A DNA stretch of 64,000 nucleotides from Alphaproteobacteria bacterium (GTDB taxonomy: Bacteria; Pseudomonadota; Alphaproteobacteria; Rs-D84). How positions within the stretch are numbered: position 1 is the first letter of the stretch; the number at the start of each line of letters is the position of its first letter. The notes below the pieces were generated by a model that was not told where the DNA came from, ran no database searches, and saw only the letters and a list, made by a program, of their open reading frames with translations. The position numbers and the translations under genes were made by a program. Below, piece by piece: positions 20,739-30,648 of the stretch. The stretch lies in contig JAVBPX010000001.1 of the NCBI GenBank assembly GCA_031549365.1, positions 96,001 through 160,000 of the forward strand. Reading direction: 5' to 3'.

Positions 20739-20951
20739 ATTCATTCCTTTTAATTTGCGGCAGAAATATTTCTGCCATCTCAACCAATGATTGAATCAAA
20801 AACATAAAAAGTAAACAGGTTCATATTCCTAGGATATGTTAAAAATATCTATGCCGGCATCCCTCTTTTTTGACCATGTGCCAACCCCAACAAATTACTT
20901 GACAAACGCAATAAATCGTTTATTATGTATTCATAGACCAAAGGAAATAAA

Positions 20952-21344
20952 ATGCCAAATTGTAACGAATGCAAATATTTAAATACATGCGACCTGCGCA
21001 AATCGGACGTGCCAGAATTATGCACGGACGAATTATTACAACACCGTTTTGTATCGGCTTCTGAAATGGGAACAATGTCAAAACACGCTATTGCTCACTA
21101 TAAAAATTTACGCAATGCGTTAAATTTGTTGTGCAATTCCAGGAACATATCCGAAATCAAACGCCTGTCAAAATTCTTGGGGAACAGTTTGGAAATTTTA
21201 CAAAATACAGTTGATCACCATAAAAATATCGGCGGGCTGAGCAAATACACCGAAAGCACAAAACAATTTTCGGTTATTAACCTCCGTGCGCTTGAAATTT
21301 TAAAACCAGAAATCGAACGCGTAATCACGCAAAACTCAAAATAA
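20952..21344 (+). CDS. hypothetical protein with N-terminal Cys cluster
   Basis: TTGACA promoter and AAGGA RBS; CxxCxxxxxC. Confidence 0.65.
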   Translation: MPNCNECKYLNTCDLRKSDVPELCTDELLQHRFVSASEMGTMSKHAIAHYKNLRNALNLLCNSRNISEIKRLSKFLGNSLEILQNTVDHHKNIGGLSKYTESTKQFSVINLRALEILKPEIERVITQNSK

Positions 21345-21346
21345 CG

Positions 21347-21883
21347 GTGAATATTATGAAATTCAAACCATTGTTTAAAACAGCATTATTATCATTATTA
21401 ATGTTTGTCGCATGCAAAAAGGATGAAAACGGTCCAACCGTTGAAAAATACAATGCAAAAATTAACGCAACAACCGACGCGAATTCTGTTTATGCCGCTG
21501 GGCATCGTGCGATTCGCCTGGGTGCATCCGAAATGGTAATTACATCCGACATTGGCCGATATGAATTAACGCCATCTGGCATTAATCATTGGTTTCAATT
21601 GCGCCTGCATATGGAGGATGCCGGTAACAAAAAATTCATTGTAAACAACATTGACACCCTGTCCCCTGCGATGAAGGGTCAACCATTTAATTTACACACC
21701 ATGGTTGCGTACGAAAAAATGGGATACCCGGTTATTGTTTATATCGGATCAAATTCATTCCAATTTGATACGGTAACCGCCGGCAAATTTTCGTTGGATT
21801 CAATTAAATCACCAATTATAATTGATACAACAAAAACCGTTATATCAGAATCCTCTGCCCGTAATGCAATTAATTCAAAATAA
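21347..21883 (+). CDS. putative lipoprotein
   Basis: Lipobox-like FVAC-KKDE after a hydrophobic stretch. Confidence 0.65.
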   Translation: MNIMKFKPLFKTALLSLLMFVACKKDENGPTVEKYNAKINATTDANSVYAAGHRAIRLGASEMVITSDIGRYELTPSGINHWFQLRLHMEDAGNKKFIVNNIDTLSPAMKGQPFNLHTMVAYEKMGYPVIVYIGSNSFQFDTVTAGKFSLDSIKSPIIIDTTKTVISESSARNAINSK

Positions 21884-21892
21884 GGAAAAATC

Positions 21893-22577
21893 ATGACAAA
21901 ACAAAACAAATATATTCTATAAAAAAATAACTATCGAACTTCCTATTTCTACTAGTATCCAAGAAGCCGCAGAGAAAGCTATATTAACAGCAGAAATCGA
22001 GGAAGGCTTTTTTACAAATGCAAAATGTATTGTATCTTTTAATTTTAATGGGGTAACAATTAACGTTACTTCTGCAATGACTATCGAACAAGTAACCGCT
22101 TCTCTGTTCAGAAAATATGAACTCCGATCGATGAAAGACAAAAGCTCGCCAGACTATATCAAAAGCGATTTGCTTTCTAAACTTGCTTATGTTAAACGCG
22201 AACGAGCCGACAAAAAAACACAGACTAAGGTTCAAGCCGAGCCATTTGAAACATCCTCCATACCAGCATGGAACAATTACAGGGATCTAAATTCTGATTC
22301 GTACAGCAATGCCGTTATGGAATATGCGGAAATATGGGCGAAATTAATGCAAATTGAATTGCGCACTGGGGCAAAATTAACCAAAGAGCTTGCAGATCTG
22401 CTATCCGACCAAGCAGATGTTTTGGGAATCTCTGGGTTCCAATTTGGATGTGCAAAAAATTGCTTATACGCTTACTGGAAATACGGCGAAGAATTGGGCG
22501 CGGCTTATAATGCCCCATCTGACAAAATCAAACAAATTCGATCGGATGTTGCAAAACGTCAAAAAGAATCCAAATAA
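21893..22577 (+). pseudogene. hypothetical protein, frameshifted just after the start codon (the 22077 ORF is its 3' part)
   Basis: RBS+ATG at 21893 stops at 21920; the +1 frame is open from 21897 to 22577; C-terminal YAExWAKLM...GISGFxxGCA...WKYGEEL motif. Confidence 0.6.
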
Positions 22578-22585
22578 ACCGCCAT

Positions 22586-22612
22586 AAAAAACCCGCCAAT
22601 TGGCGGGTTTTT
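22586..22612. terminator. bidirectional intrinsic terminator
   Basis: AAAAAACCCGCCAATTGGCGGGTTTTT. Confidence 0.85.
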
Positions 22613-22615
22613 CTT

Positions 22616-23731
22616 TTATATCCTCTGTGGCATTAAAATGAATAATGCGTCTTTCTTGTCTTTCGATTGCAAAATCGTTGGAGACAATGGATCCATCATT
22701 ATCATTTGCATCGTATCGCCATCGATTTGATTCGCAATATCCAATAAAAAACGAACATTAAACGAAATCACAAATTGATCATCGCCATTGTATTCGATAT
22801 CCATATCTTCGGTCGCAGTACCAGTTTCTGGGGTCGAGGCGGATGCCACCAATTTGTTCATTGAAAAAGTCAATAAAACTGATTTTGTTTTCTCGGTCGA
22901 TGCAACGGATACACGATCAACGATTTGAATGAAATGCGCTTTGTCCATTGTAACAACTTTGTCGTTGTTCTTTGGAATTACAACTTTGTAATTTGGATAT
23001 TGAGCGTCAACCAGTTTGGATGTTAATACGGCGTCGCCCACAGTGAATCTGGCCTTGGTTTCGGACAATTCGATAACAACGTCGTCTGATGCTGCATCAT
23101 CCAATAATTTACGCAATTCGCCAATTACACGACGAGGCAAAATAACGGACGGCATTTCCTCGGAACCCTTGGGCGATGGCACAGAACACAATGCTAAACG
23201 TTGTGAGTCGGTCGCAACGGACGTCAACATTTTTTGGCCTTTTTCTTCGGTCAAATGGAAATAAATCCCGCCCAAATGATAACGAACATCATCTGTTGGA
23301 ATTGCAAATTTTGTTTGATCAATCATATGCGATAAATCATCTGTCGACATCGCAAATTTTGTGGTCAAATGCGCACCCGCCATCATTGGGAAATTATCGG
23401 CTGGTAATGTTGATAATGTAAATCTGGCCTTGCCACTCGACACAACCATTTGATCGCCAATTTGCTTCATCTTGATTTCGGAATCATCTGGTAATTTGCG
23501 AACGATATCGTACAACAAATGGACAGGCAATGTCATTTTACCCTGTAATGTAACGTCGGCTGGAACTTTTTCAACCAATTCCAAATCAACGTTTGTTGCG
23601 GTCATAATCAAACTGTCTTTGACCTCCATTTTAACGTTCATCAAAATTGGTAATGTAGCACGTCTTTCCACGATGGATTGCATGTGTGCCAATGTTTTGA
23701 TTAAATCCTGACGATATACTGAAAATTCCAT
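22616..23731 (-). CDS. dnaN: DNA polymerase III subunit beta
   Basis: VERRATLPIL, VATDSQRL, SKLVDAQYPNY, FILMPQRI; follows dnaA. Confidence 0.96.
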   Translation of the reverse strand: MEFSVYRQDLIKTLAHMQSIVERRATLPILMNVKMEVKDSLIMTATNVDLELVEKVPADVTLQGKMTLPVHLLYDIVRKLPDDSEIKMKQIGDQMVVSSGKARFTLSTLPADNFPMMAGAHLTTKFAMSTDDLSHMIDQTKFAIPTDDVRYHLGGIYFHLTEEKGQKMLTSVATDSQRLALCSVPSPKGSEEMPSVILPRRVIGELRKLLDDAASDDVVIELSETKARFTVGDAVLTSKLVDAQYPNYKVVIPKNNDKVVTMDKAHFIQIVDRVSVASTEKTKSVLLTFSMNKLVASASTPETGTATEDMDIEYNGDDQFVISFNVRFLLDIANQIDGDTMQMIMMDPLSPTILQSKDKKDALFILMPQRI

Positions 23732-23832
23732 CGTATGCTCCTTTGTAATCTTTTGTATTTCATGGCTATTTTAACGAAAATCCCCCCGCGACGCAAGGGA
23801 TTTTTGGGTATTTTTTCAAAAATTTCTAGATG

Positions 23833-25170
23833 TTAAATGGATCCGCCACAAATGCGGGCCAATTGATCCAATTCTGCGATTAATGTCAAATCGGACAGCT
23901 TTTGTTGTTCAATTTGATCAATTCCGTACAAAACAGTCGCATGATCACGATCGCCCAACAATTTACCAATGGCCGTCAAAGATAAATCCGTAGAATTTTT
24001 CAAAACATACATCATCATGTAACGGGCACGAACAACTGATTTTTGACGACGAGAGGATAAAACATCATCAAACGCAACACCTATCGATTCGCACATTTTT
24101 TTAACAAAATCTGTTGGTGTTTTTGGTTGTGATATTACATCGCGCAATAAAAATTCGGCGCGATCGCGGGATACTTTTTGTCCCGTCAAATCGGACCAGG
24201 CCGCAACTTTTTTCAAAACACCGGACATTACATGGCCATTACCTTGGATTATTGATGCAATATGTTCGGCAACATTTAAATCCAGTCCCGCACGCGCCAA
24301 AATCGTTTTTTTAACATGTGCATTCATTGAACAAACGTCCACCACCAGGCCCGATGCCAATATCGATTGGAAACGACGATCAAAACCAGTTAATGCGGAT
24401 GGCGCCATCGGAGCAGTGATTACAACTTGTTTTCCGGCAGCGATTAAATCCAATAATGTTAATAACATTTCCTCGGTTGATGCGCGTTTCCCAATTAATG
24501 CCGAAATTCCATCAATAATTAAAACATCGCATGCGCGCAATTTGTCCTTGAAATCAAATGTGGATTTTTCATGAATCGAACGAATGAAATCGGATGCAAA
24601 CCCGGCCCCAGTCATCATTAATACATTGCGTTTGCCATTGGATTCAATGTCGCCGGCAATCGCGTTTAATAAATGGGTTTTTCCGCATCCTTCGTCGCCA
24701 TAAATGAATAATGGTGAAAACACAGCGGCGTTTGATGATGCCACTTTTTTGCATGCTGCCACAGCAAAAGAATTTTCATCCACTGTTACAAAATTATTAA
24801 ATGTTTGATCACGATTTGCAATTGGCGCAGATGTTTCAAATATCGCTTTTTGAATATTGTCATTAACGTTTTCCGTAATAATTTCGCATGAAACACTACG
24901 GCGAATTGATACTGTTACTGTCAATCCGAACGAACCCGCAACCTTGTTAATTATTGATAAATGGGTATGTAGTATAAAATCAGAAACAAAACGATTTGGA
25001 GCAATGATATTAACTTGGTTATTTTCGATGTTGCCAACACATGGGGCAATCCAGCTTGCAAAAGCAGCCTCGTTCATACTCTTTTTTAATTGGTCGCAAA
25101 ATAAATCCCAAGTAACATTTGAAACTTGTCCAATAACATTTGTTTGGTGCGCCAATAAAACCATTACCAT
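23833..25170 (-). CDS. dnaA: chromosomal replication initiator DnaA (divergent AAA+ motifs)
   Basis: TFNNFV, SPLFIYG..GCGKTHLL, domain IV DRDHATVLYG; upstream of dnaN; start uncertain (25164/25170/25197). Confidence 0.88.
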   Translation of the reverse strand: MVMVLLAHQTNVIGQVSNVTWDLFCDQLKKSMNEAAFASWIAPCVGNIENNQVNIIAPNRFVSDFILHTHLSIINKVAGSFGLTVTVSIRRSVSCEIITENVNDNIQKAIFETSAPIANRDQTFNNFVTVDENSFAVAACKKVASSNAAVFSPLFIYGDEGCGKTHLLNAIAGDIESNGKRNVLMMTGAGFASDFIRSIHEKSTFDFKDKLRACDVLIIDGISALIGKRASTEEMLLTLLDLIAAGKQVVITAPMAPSALTGFDRRFQSILASGLVVDVCSMNAHVKKTILARAGLDLNVAEHIASIIQGNGHVMSGVLKKVAAWSDLTGQKVSRDRAEFLLRDVISQPKTPTDFVKKMCESIGVAFDDVLSSRRQKSVVRARYMMMYVLKNSTDLSLTAIGKLLGDRDHATVLYGIDQIEQQKLSDLTLIAELDQLARICGGSI

Positions 25171-25334
25171 TCCCCTTCTTGGGTTTACAGAAAACATCTC
25201 TATACCAATGCGCCCCGAATTTTCAATCAACCAACATATAAATTATATGTTTTTAATTATGACCGCTGAAACATCACCGCGAACACAATATGATTGTCCC
25301 TATCACCCGAACACATCCATCACAAATAATCAAA

Positions 25335-25495
25335 ACGTCAGTCCCATTTTGAAAACATGTTTTGAACGGTATAGCCTTCCTCTTCTTTTTGTTTACTGTG
25401 CCGTCAAAGATTTTTTGGAATATAGATTCTGAATTTATGCGCTATTACAACAATTCGAACCCGTCTTCAAAATGTCTTCGATCGACTGGATACGT
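25335..25495 (-). ncRNA. structured RNA / 5' leader upstream of dnaA
   Basis: Closing helices ACGT, CAGTC/GACTG and 12-bp CATTTTGAAGAC/GTTTTCAAAATG enclose two hairpins; promoter TTGTAA-16-TACTAT (25528-25501) puts the TSS at the helix start. Confidence 0.55.
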
Positions 25496-25673
25496 AGTTC
25501 ATAGTATATTCAAAAACCCAACTTACAAGCGTTTTTTTTCAAAATAACAAACTTTTTTTTCTTGACGATTTTCGGGCAATTTGATTTTTATTTTGTATAT
25601 ACATTGCCTATCCGTTTATGGGCTTTAATTTTCAAAAAATCCCTAACTAAAACCGATTCTGATTTTACACTTT

Positions 25674-26684
25674 TTACGCTAAAATAAATCCGCCTTCAAC
25701 ACGAATTATGCTGCCATTTATTTCCAATATAACTAATTCTTTTTTAATATCAGATACATTTTTGTTCAATATTAATGATATTTCAGATTCAGATAATGGC
25801 TTTTGACTTAATAACTCCAAAATATTTGATTCAACTTGAATCTTTTTCTCGTTGATTTTTGTATCTTTTTTGAAAAAATCCGTTATACCCATGCACAATG
25901 TGGCCTGCCCTGATTTTATTAACGAATTTGGCCCAAAACTGCGTGGGTCTGTTGGGTGCGATGGAATCGCAAACACAGGCCTAGACAATTTAATCATATG
26001 ATTCGCAGTAATCATACTGCCCGATTTATCTGTTGCTTCGCCCAATATCATTTGATTCGAAATCCCAGCCACCAATTGATTTCGCTTCACGAAATACTTT
26101 GCTATGGGTTTTGTGCCAATTGGCATATCCGATATAACGCATCCGCGTTCAATAATTGATTTATATAACGATTCGTTTTCAATGGGCCAAGGCTGATCAA
26201 CCCCGCCTGCCAAAACAGCAACTGTTACATTGTTTTTGCTTGATTTTAATGCGCCCTGATGTGCGGCGGCGTCCGATCCCATCGCCATACCAGATACAAC
26301 CAAAAATCCATTTTCGGCAAATTCATATGACAATTGCCCCATAAACTTTAAGCCATTTGCGGATGCGTTTCTGGTACCCACCATCGCAACCGATTCTTTT
26401 GATAATGTGTCTGGGTTACCCAACACACTGATTACAGGCGGATGACCGTGCATAGACTTTAAATTAACGGGATATCTTGGGTCATCATCAAATATGAATT
26501 CGGACCCTTTTCTATTCATCAATTCAATCTCACGTGAAACCGAATCGTGTAACGAATCTTTAATTGCCAAATTATCCAGCGCGGACCTGGCCGAACCAAA
26601 TTCATTTATTAATTGATTATATTTGACGGGGCCAACGCCATCCATCCGAATTAACGTTAATCTATCAATGTCCGATTGTTTCAT
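25674..26684 (-). CDS. dprA: DNA-processing protein DprA
   Basis: VAMVGTRNAS, VVSGMAMGSD, FVKRNQLVAG, SGSMITA. Confidence 0.93.
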   Translation of the reverse strand: MKQSDIDRLTLIRMDGVGPVKYNQLINEFGSARSALDNLAIKDSLHDSVSREIELMNRKGSEFIFDDDPRYPVNLKSMHGHPPVISVLGNPDTLSKESVAMVGTRNASANGLKFMGQLSYEFAENGFLVVSGMAMGSDAAAHQGALKSSKNNVTVAVLAGGVDQPWPIENESLYKSIIERGCVISDMPIGTKPIAKYFVKRNQLVAGISNQMILGEATDKSGSMITANHMIKLSRPVFAIPSHPTDPRSFGPNSLIKSGQATLCMGITDFFKKDTKINEKKIQVESNILELLSQKPLSESEISLILNKNVSDIKKELVILEINGSIIRVEGGFILA

Positions 26685-27313
26685 TTTTTTAATTTTATCC
26701 TGGATTCTTCACCACGAATCAAACGTTTGATATTTTCATAATGACGAGCCCATCCCAACAACGCCAAAACAGCAAATGTTACAACTATAATCTGTTGGCC
26801 AGTTATTAAATATGCAAACATAGGCAGAGACAATAACATCATTAACGCCGCCAGCGAAGAATAACGGAATACAATTGCCATTACCAACCAAACTAAAACT
26901 GCTCCGATAAACATATTTGTATTAACAGCCAATGCGAACCCCAGGGTGGACGCAATACCCTTGCCTCCCTTGAACTTTAACCAAATTGGAAAGTTATGTC
27001 CCAGCACAGCAAAAAAACCGGCAACAATGCCCGCCATTGGATTAAATAATGTCTGACCTATGATTGTTGCCAATGCGGCCTTGCCCCCATCCAACAACAC
27101 GGTTAATATGGCCAATTCCCAACGACCTGTTCGCAAAACATTCGTTGCCCCGATGTTTCCGGACCCAATTTTACGCAAGTCCCCTGCTTTGAACAATTTG
27201 GTCAAAATCAATCCAAATGGGATTGAGCCCAGCAAATAGCCCGTCACCATCATAGTGTACAGAGGCGGCTGATTGAAAAACCAAACAGAAATTGATTCGA
27301 ATAATTGTTGCAT
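26681..27313 (-). CDS. plsY: glycerol-3-phosphate 1-O-acyltransferase PlsY
   Basis: GSIPFG, GSGNIGATNVLR, GHNFP, FKGGKGIA, RHYENI. Confidence 0.96.
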   Translation of the reverse strand: MQQLFESISVWFFNQPPLYTMMVTGYLLGSIPFGLILTKLFKAGDLRKIGSGNIGATNVLRTGRWELAILTVLLDGGKAALATIIGQTLFNPMAGIVAGFFAVLGHNFPIWLKFKGGKGIASTLGFALAVNTNMFIGAVLVWLVMAIVFRYSSLAALMMLLSLPMFAYLITGQQIIVVTFAVLALLGWARHYENIKRLIRGEESRIKLKK

Positions 27314-27410
27314 TTTAATCCTCCTTGATTAAAAAACTTGACCTTTTTCGTTTTATACTTTATAACATATCCTGTTCAACTCCGTAAAGGAAAAAAAGGA
27401 TATAAAAAAT

Positions 27411-27671
27411 ATGGCACACCATAAATCTGCAAAAACTCGTATTACACGCAACGAAAACGCTCGTTCTGTGAATATTTCCCGCAAATCACGCATCCGTACT
27501 TTTATTAAAAAAGTAACAACTGCTATTACAGGCGGCGACAAAAAAACAGCAACCGAAAACATGCGCGTTGCAGAATCCCAAATGGCACGTGGTGCTGGCC
27601 GCGTAATGCATAAACGCACTGCAGCCAGAAAGACTTCGCGCATGGCAAAGAAAGTCAATAAAATGGCTTAA
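27411..27671 (+). CDS. rpsT: 30S ribosomal protein S20
   Basis: MAHHKSAK...KSRIRTFIKK...MHKRTAARKTSR. Confidence 0.96.
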   Translation: MAHHKSAKTRITRNENARSVNISRKSRIRTFIKKVTTAITGGDKKTATENMRVAESQMARGAGRVMHKRTAARKTSRMAKKVNKMA

Positions 27672-27766
27672 TTTCCCCTTGGGAATATAAACTTCTTGCC
27701 CCGGACGTTTGTCTGGGGTAAAATTTTGTTTGGATATATACAATTCATAAACCAAAGGGGGGATAA

Positions 27767-28414
27767 ATGAAAAAAGTATTAATATTCTTGGGCATAATTG
27801 CTGTTGCATTGATTGGCGCATACGCCTATTTCGGTGGATTTTCATCCGTTACTGTTAATAATGTAACACGCGATCAAAAAATCGCAGTATACGTAACACA
27901 CACTGGATGTTACAAAAAAATGAACGATGATATGATGCCATTGTACAAAAATTTGGAAAAAACATTTGGTCCGGACGCTAAAAATTTGGTCGGTTTTGGA
28001 ATTTATTTGGATAATCCTGAAACTGTTAAATCCACGGATTTGCGCTCAATCGTTGGATATTTCATTTCAGAGGATCAGGCTAAAAAATTAAAAGACGAAA
28101 CATTCCATTCGGGCATCACAGTAATCCCATCATATAATGCGATTTCGGTTCCATTTACATATCGCGGAATGCCTTCGTTTATAATTGGTGTAATGCGTGC
28201 ATACCCTGCGTTGGATAAATTCATCATGGCGAATCCTGAATTAAAATGGGGATCATCCGTTGAAATCTATGATTTACAAAATCACCAAGTTTTCTATGAC
28301 GTACCAACAGGCGAAAGCTTTACAATCATGATGACAAATCTGTATACAAAGTCGGTATTGGCAAAACCATCCACGGCACCTGCCGCCCCTGTTGAACCAA
28401 CACCTGCAAAATAA
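27767..28414 (+). CDS. membrane-anchored GyrI-like domain protein
   Basis: N-terminal TM; HTGCY, GIYLDNP, DLRSIVG, EIYD. Confidence 0.7.
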   Translation: MKKVLIFLGIIAVALIGAYAYFGGFSSVTVNNVTRDQKIAVYVTHTGCYKKMNDDMMPLYKNLEKTFGPDAKNLVGFGIYLDNPETVKSTDLRSIVGYFISEDQAKKLKDETFHSGITVIPSYNAISVPFTYRGMPSFIIGVMRAYPALDKFIMANPELKWGSSVEIYDLQNHQVFYDVPTGESFTIMMTNLYTKSVLAKPSTAPAAPVEPTPAK

Positions 28415-28431
28415 TTATTTTGCTGATAATT

Positions 28432-28459
28432 AAATCCCCGTGTCTTGCGGGGATTTTTT
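28432..28459 (+). terminator. intrinsic terminator
   Basis: ATCCCCG-TGTCTTG-CGGGGAT followed by a T run. Confidence 0.8.
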
Positions 28460-28484
28460 ATTGCAATCTAGGGCATGCATTTTA

Positions 28485-28526
28485 TGTTAATTTCAGAATA
28501 ACATCCTGTTATTTTCGAAATTAACA
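28485..28526. repeat. intergenic palindrome family A
   Basis: TGTTAATTTCAGAATAACATCCTGTTATTTTCGAAATTAACA. Confidence 0.75.
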
Positions 28527-28619
28527 ATGCCAACAATTTAAAACTATCCATAATCAGTATAATTTAATACTAACACTTGTCATTGCTAACAAAGCGCGAC
28601 AATCTTTGCAATTAAAAAA

Positions 28620-28640
28620 CATCCGGGATTTTCCCGGATG
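28620..28640. repeat. short family-B palindrome, likely terminator
   Basis: CATCCGGGATTTTCCCGGATG. Confidence 0.65.
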
Positions 28641-28663
28641 TTAAAAAATCAAATAACAATCAA

Positions 28664-29362
28664 TTAAAACAATATATGCAAACGTCCACCAATTGTTAAA
28701 TCAGATTCATCAATTGCATACGACATATATCCAACCCATTGTGTGCGTCCATAAATTTTGTTCAATCCCAAATTAATGAATATGTCATCGAAATCGGATT
28801 CTGTTGATTTTCTGAACGTTACACCCAAATTACTGGACCAGCTTTCTGTAAACCTGAACTGCATTTCTGGTGTAAAATCAATGTTTGCAAAACCATCATC
28901 ATGATCAAAAACCCATGATGTTTTCAAAGTTCCCGTAAATGTAACATTTTTACGAACAGTACCGCCACGAATTCCCAATGTATAAATCGTGTGATAATAT
29001 TCTGGGACATCATCTTTGGCACCAAATCGAATGTCCGCCAATGCGTCGTAAATCATTGACCCCTCGGCCAAACGAACAACCGTTCCGATTTGAACATTTG
29101 CTAATCCGTCTTCGTCGCTATTTAAATCTTCGCGATAACGAATTGCGCCCCAAACAGAAGTATTTGGAGTAACACCCCACAATACTTTTTCTGAAATTTC
29201 TGCAACTTCATGGGTAAAAGATAACCCTGTTGTTGATAAAATGTCATTGCGCGCGGCCATCCATAATGGATCTTCCATGTTTGTTGAAAATGGTCTTTCT
29301 GCCGCCATGGATGCACTTGGCAATACCAATAAACCGGCCAAAATTACTAAATAACGTTTCAT
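28664..29362 (-). CDS. putative outer-membrane beta-barrel protein
   Basis: Signal peptide, alternating amphipathic strands, C-terminal Phe (GRLHILF). Confidence 0.7.
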   Translation of the reverse strand: MKRYLVILAGLLVLPSASMAAERPFSTNMEDPLWMAARNDILSTTGLSFTHEVAEISEKVLWGVTPNTSVWGAIRYREDLNSDEDGLANVQIGTVVRLAEGSMIYDALADIRFGAKDDVPEYYHTIYTLGIRGGTVRKNVTFTGTLKTSWVFDHDDGFANIDFTPEMQFRFTESWSSNLGVTFRKSTESDFDDIFINLGLNKIYGRTQWVGYMSYAIDESDLTIGGRLHILF

Positions 29363-29379
29363 ATTATATGCTCTTTAAA

Positions 29380-30585
29380 TTAAAAATATATCTTTAAACC
29401 AACGCCAACATTGTATTCGCTGCTGTTGTCGATTTTGCCAGTGTACAATTGTTTTCTGACACCTTGGTATACGCGTTCCAACGTCATGTTGTCACCATCA
29501 CCACTATCCCACAATACCATTGACCCGAACACATCCAAAGCAACATATTTATTGAATTGGTATCCCAAATCAGCCCTGGCACCCCATTTTTGATGCCAAC
29601 CAAAATCCCCGATTGCTGTGGATAAATCCAAAGACAATCCGTTCCCGAACGCAGTAAACACACCGACAGTTCCTTCGACGTATACATGATTTTTCCCGTC
29701 TTCCAATACAATAATGTACTGTGCGGCATCCGCTGGATTTACAACACCGATTCCACGCTCTTCGTCATCATACATTGCAATATAAACGTCTGCGGCTGCA
29801 TACAATGTAGACATTTGCATTTTATACCCAACTCTGCCATCCAAAACAAACTGGGACGAAGCATCTTGTTTTGTATACATTAATGATGTGCGCGTAACGA
29901 TCTTGCTGTCTTCGTATGGGCGATATGTAACACCAACACCATAATCATCCAAACCAGAATCACTCTCTTTTAATCCGATAAATTTATAATCTGAATCATG
30001 ATATAATCCGACAACAAAAATTGCGAAATTATCTGTGATTCCAACGCCGAATTCTTGGGTAATATCCAATGATTTTCCCCGCCATTCTGCCACATCACCA
30101 ACAACTGCTGGATTTCCATTTACCAACAACGGGTTATCCAGAGGATCCAAAATTGCACCAACCTTGAAATCCAAATCATATTTATGAAAAGCGGCTTCGG
30201 TTGATGAAACAAAAGCACCCTCGCCCGGCATAAAGAATGGGTGTAACAATGTTTTCTCACGATTTTTTGTTGTCGTGGTGGTTGTTTTATCCCTATAATT
30301 TTTTGCTTTTACAGTCGTTTCACAATTGCTTGTTTTGCAACCATCATAATCATCATAAATGCTGGATGGAGTATAATACATATTTGCGCCACCGCGTGTT
30401 GGTTCTTGGACAGCATATGCGGATCCAGCAACCGTTTGGTTTGACGCATTATATTTATTCCATTCGATATTTTGCTTTGGCTGTTGTGCTTTTTGGGTCA
30501 AATTTGCTTGGTACGATGGATAACTAGCTGCATTCGCAACGCCAACAGAAAACAACCCCAGCGCTAACAGAGATACTTTTTTCAT
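29380..30585 (-). CDS. putative outer-membrane beta-barrel protein
   Basis: MKK signal peptide ending ANA, RBS AGGAG, C-terminal VGVGLKIYF beta-signal. Confidence 0.72.
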   Translation of the reverse strand: MKKVSLLALGLFSVGVANAASYPSYQANLTQKAQQPKQNIEWNKYNASNQTVAGSAYAVQEPTRGGANMYYTPSSIYDDYDGCKTSNCETTVKAKNYRDKTTTTTTKNREKTLLHPFFMPGEGAFVSSTEAAFHKYDLDFKVGAILDPLDNPLLVNGNPAVVGDVAEWRGKSLDITQEFGVGITDNFAIFVVGLYHDSDYKFIGLKESDSGLDDYGVGVTYRPYEDSKIVTRTSLMYTKQDASSQFVLDGRVGYKMQMSTLYAAADVYIAMYDDEERGIGVVNPADAAQYIIVLEDGKNHVYVEGTVGVFTAFGNGLSLDLSTAIGDFGWHQKWGARADLGYQFNKYVALDVFGSMVLWDSGDGDNMTLERVYQGVRKQLYTGKIDNSSEYNVGVGLKIYF

Positions 30586-30648
30586 AAACAACTCCTATGT
30601 TTCATCCGTTGATTATATCACAAAAGCAATCCCCCTCCAAATGTTTTT

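Noticed and set aside
24857-25432. 191-aa plus-strand ORF and similar long antisense ORFs (34411-35025, 39002-39532, 55258-55776)
   Set aside because: Shadow frames opposite well-supported genes, with no motifs
25171-25673. oriC next to dnaA
   Set aside because: No canonical TTATCCACA boxes found by eye; cannot be supported
28579-28606. GTCATTGC...CAATCT resemblance to Rickettsia palindromic elements (also ~43308, ~45396)
   Set aside because: Too degenerate and short to support
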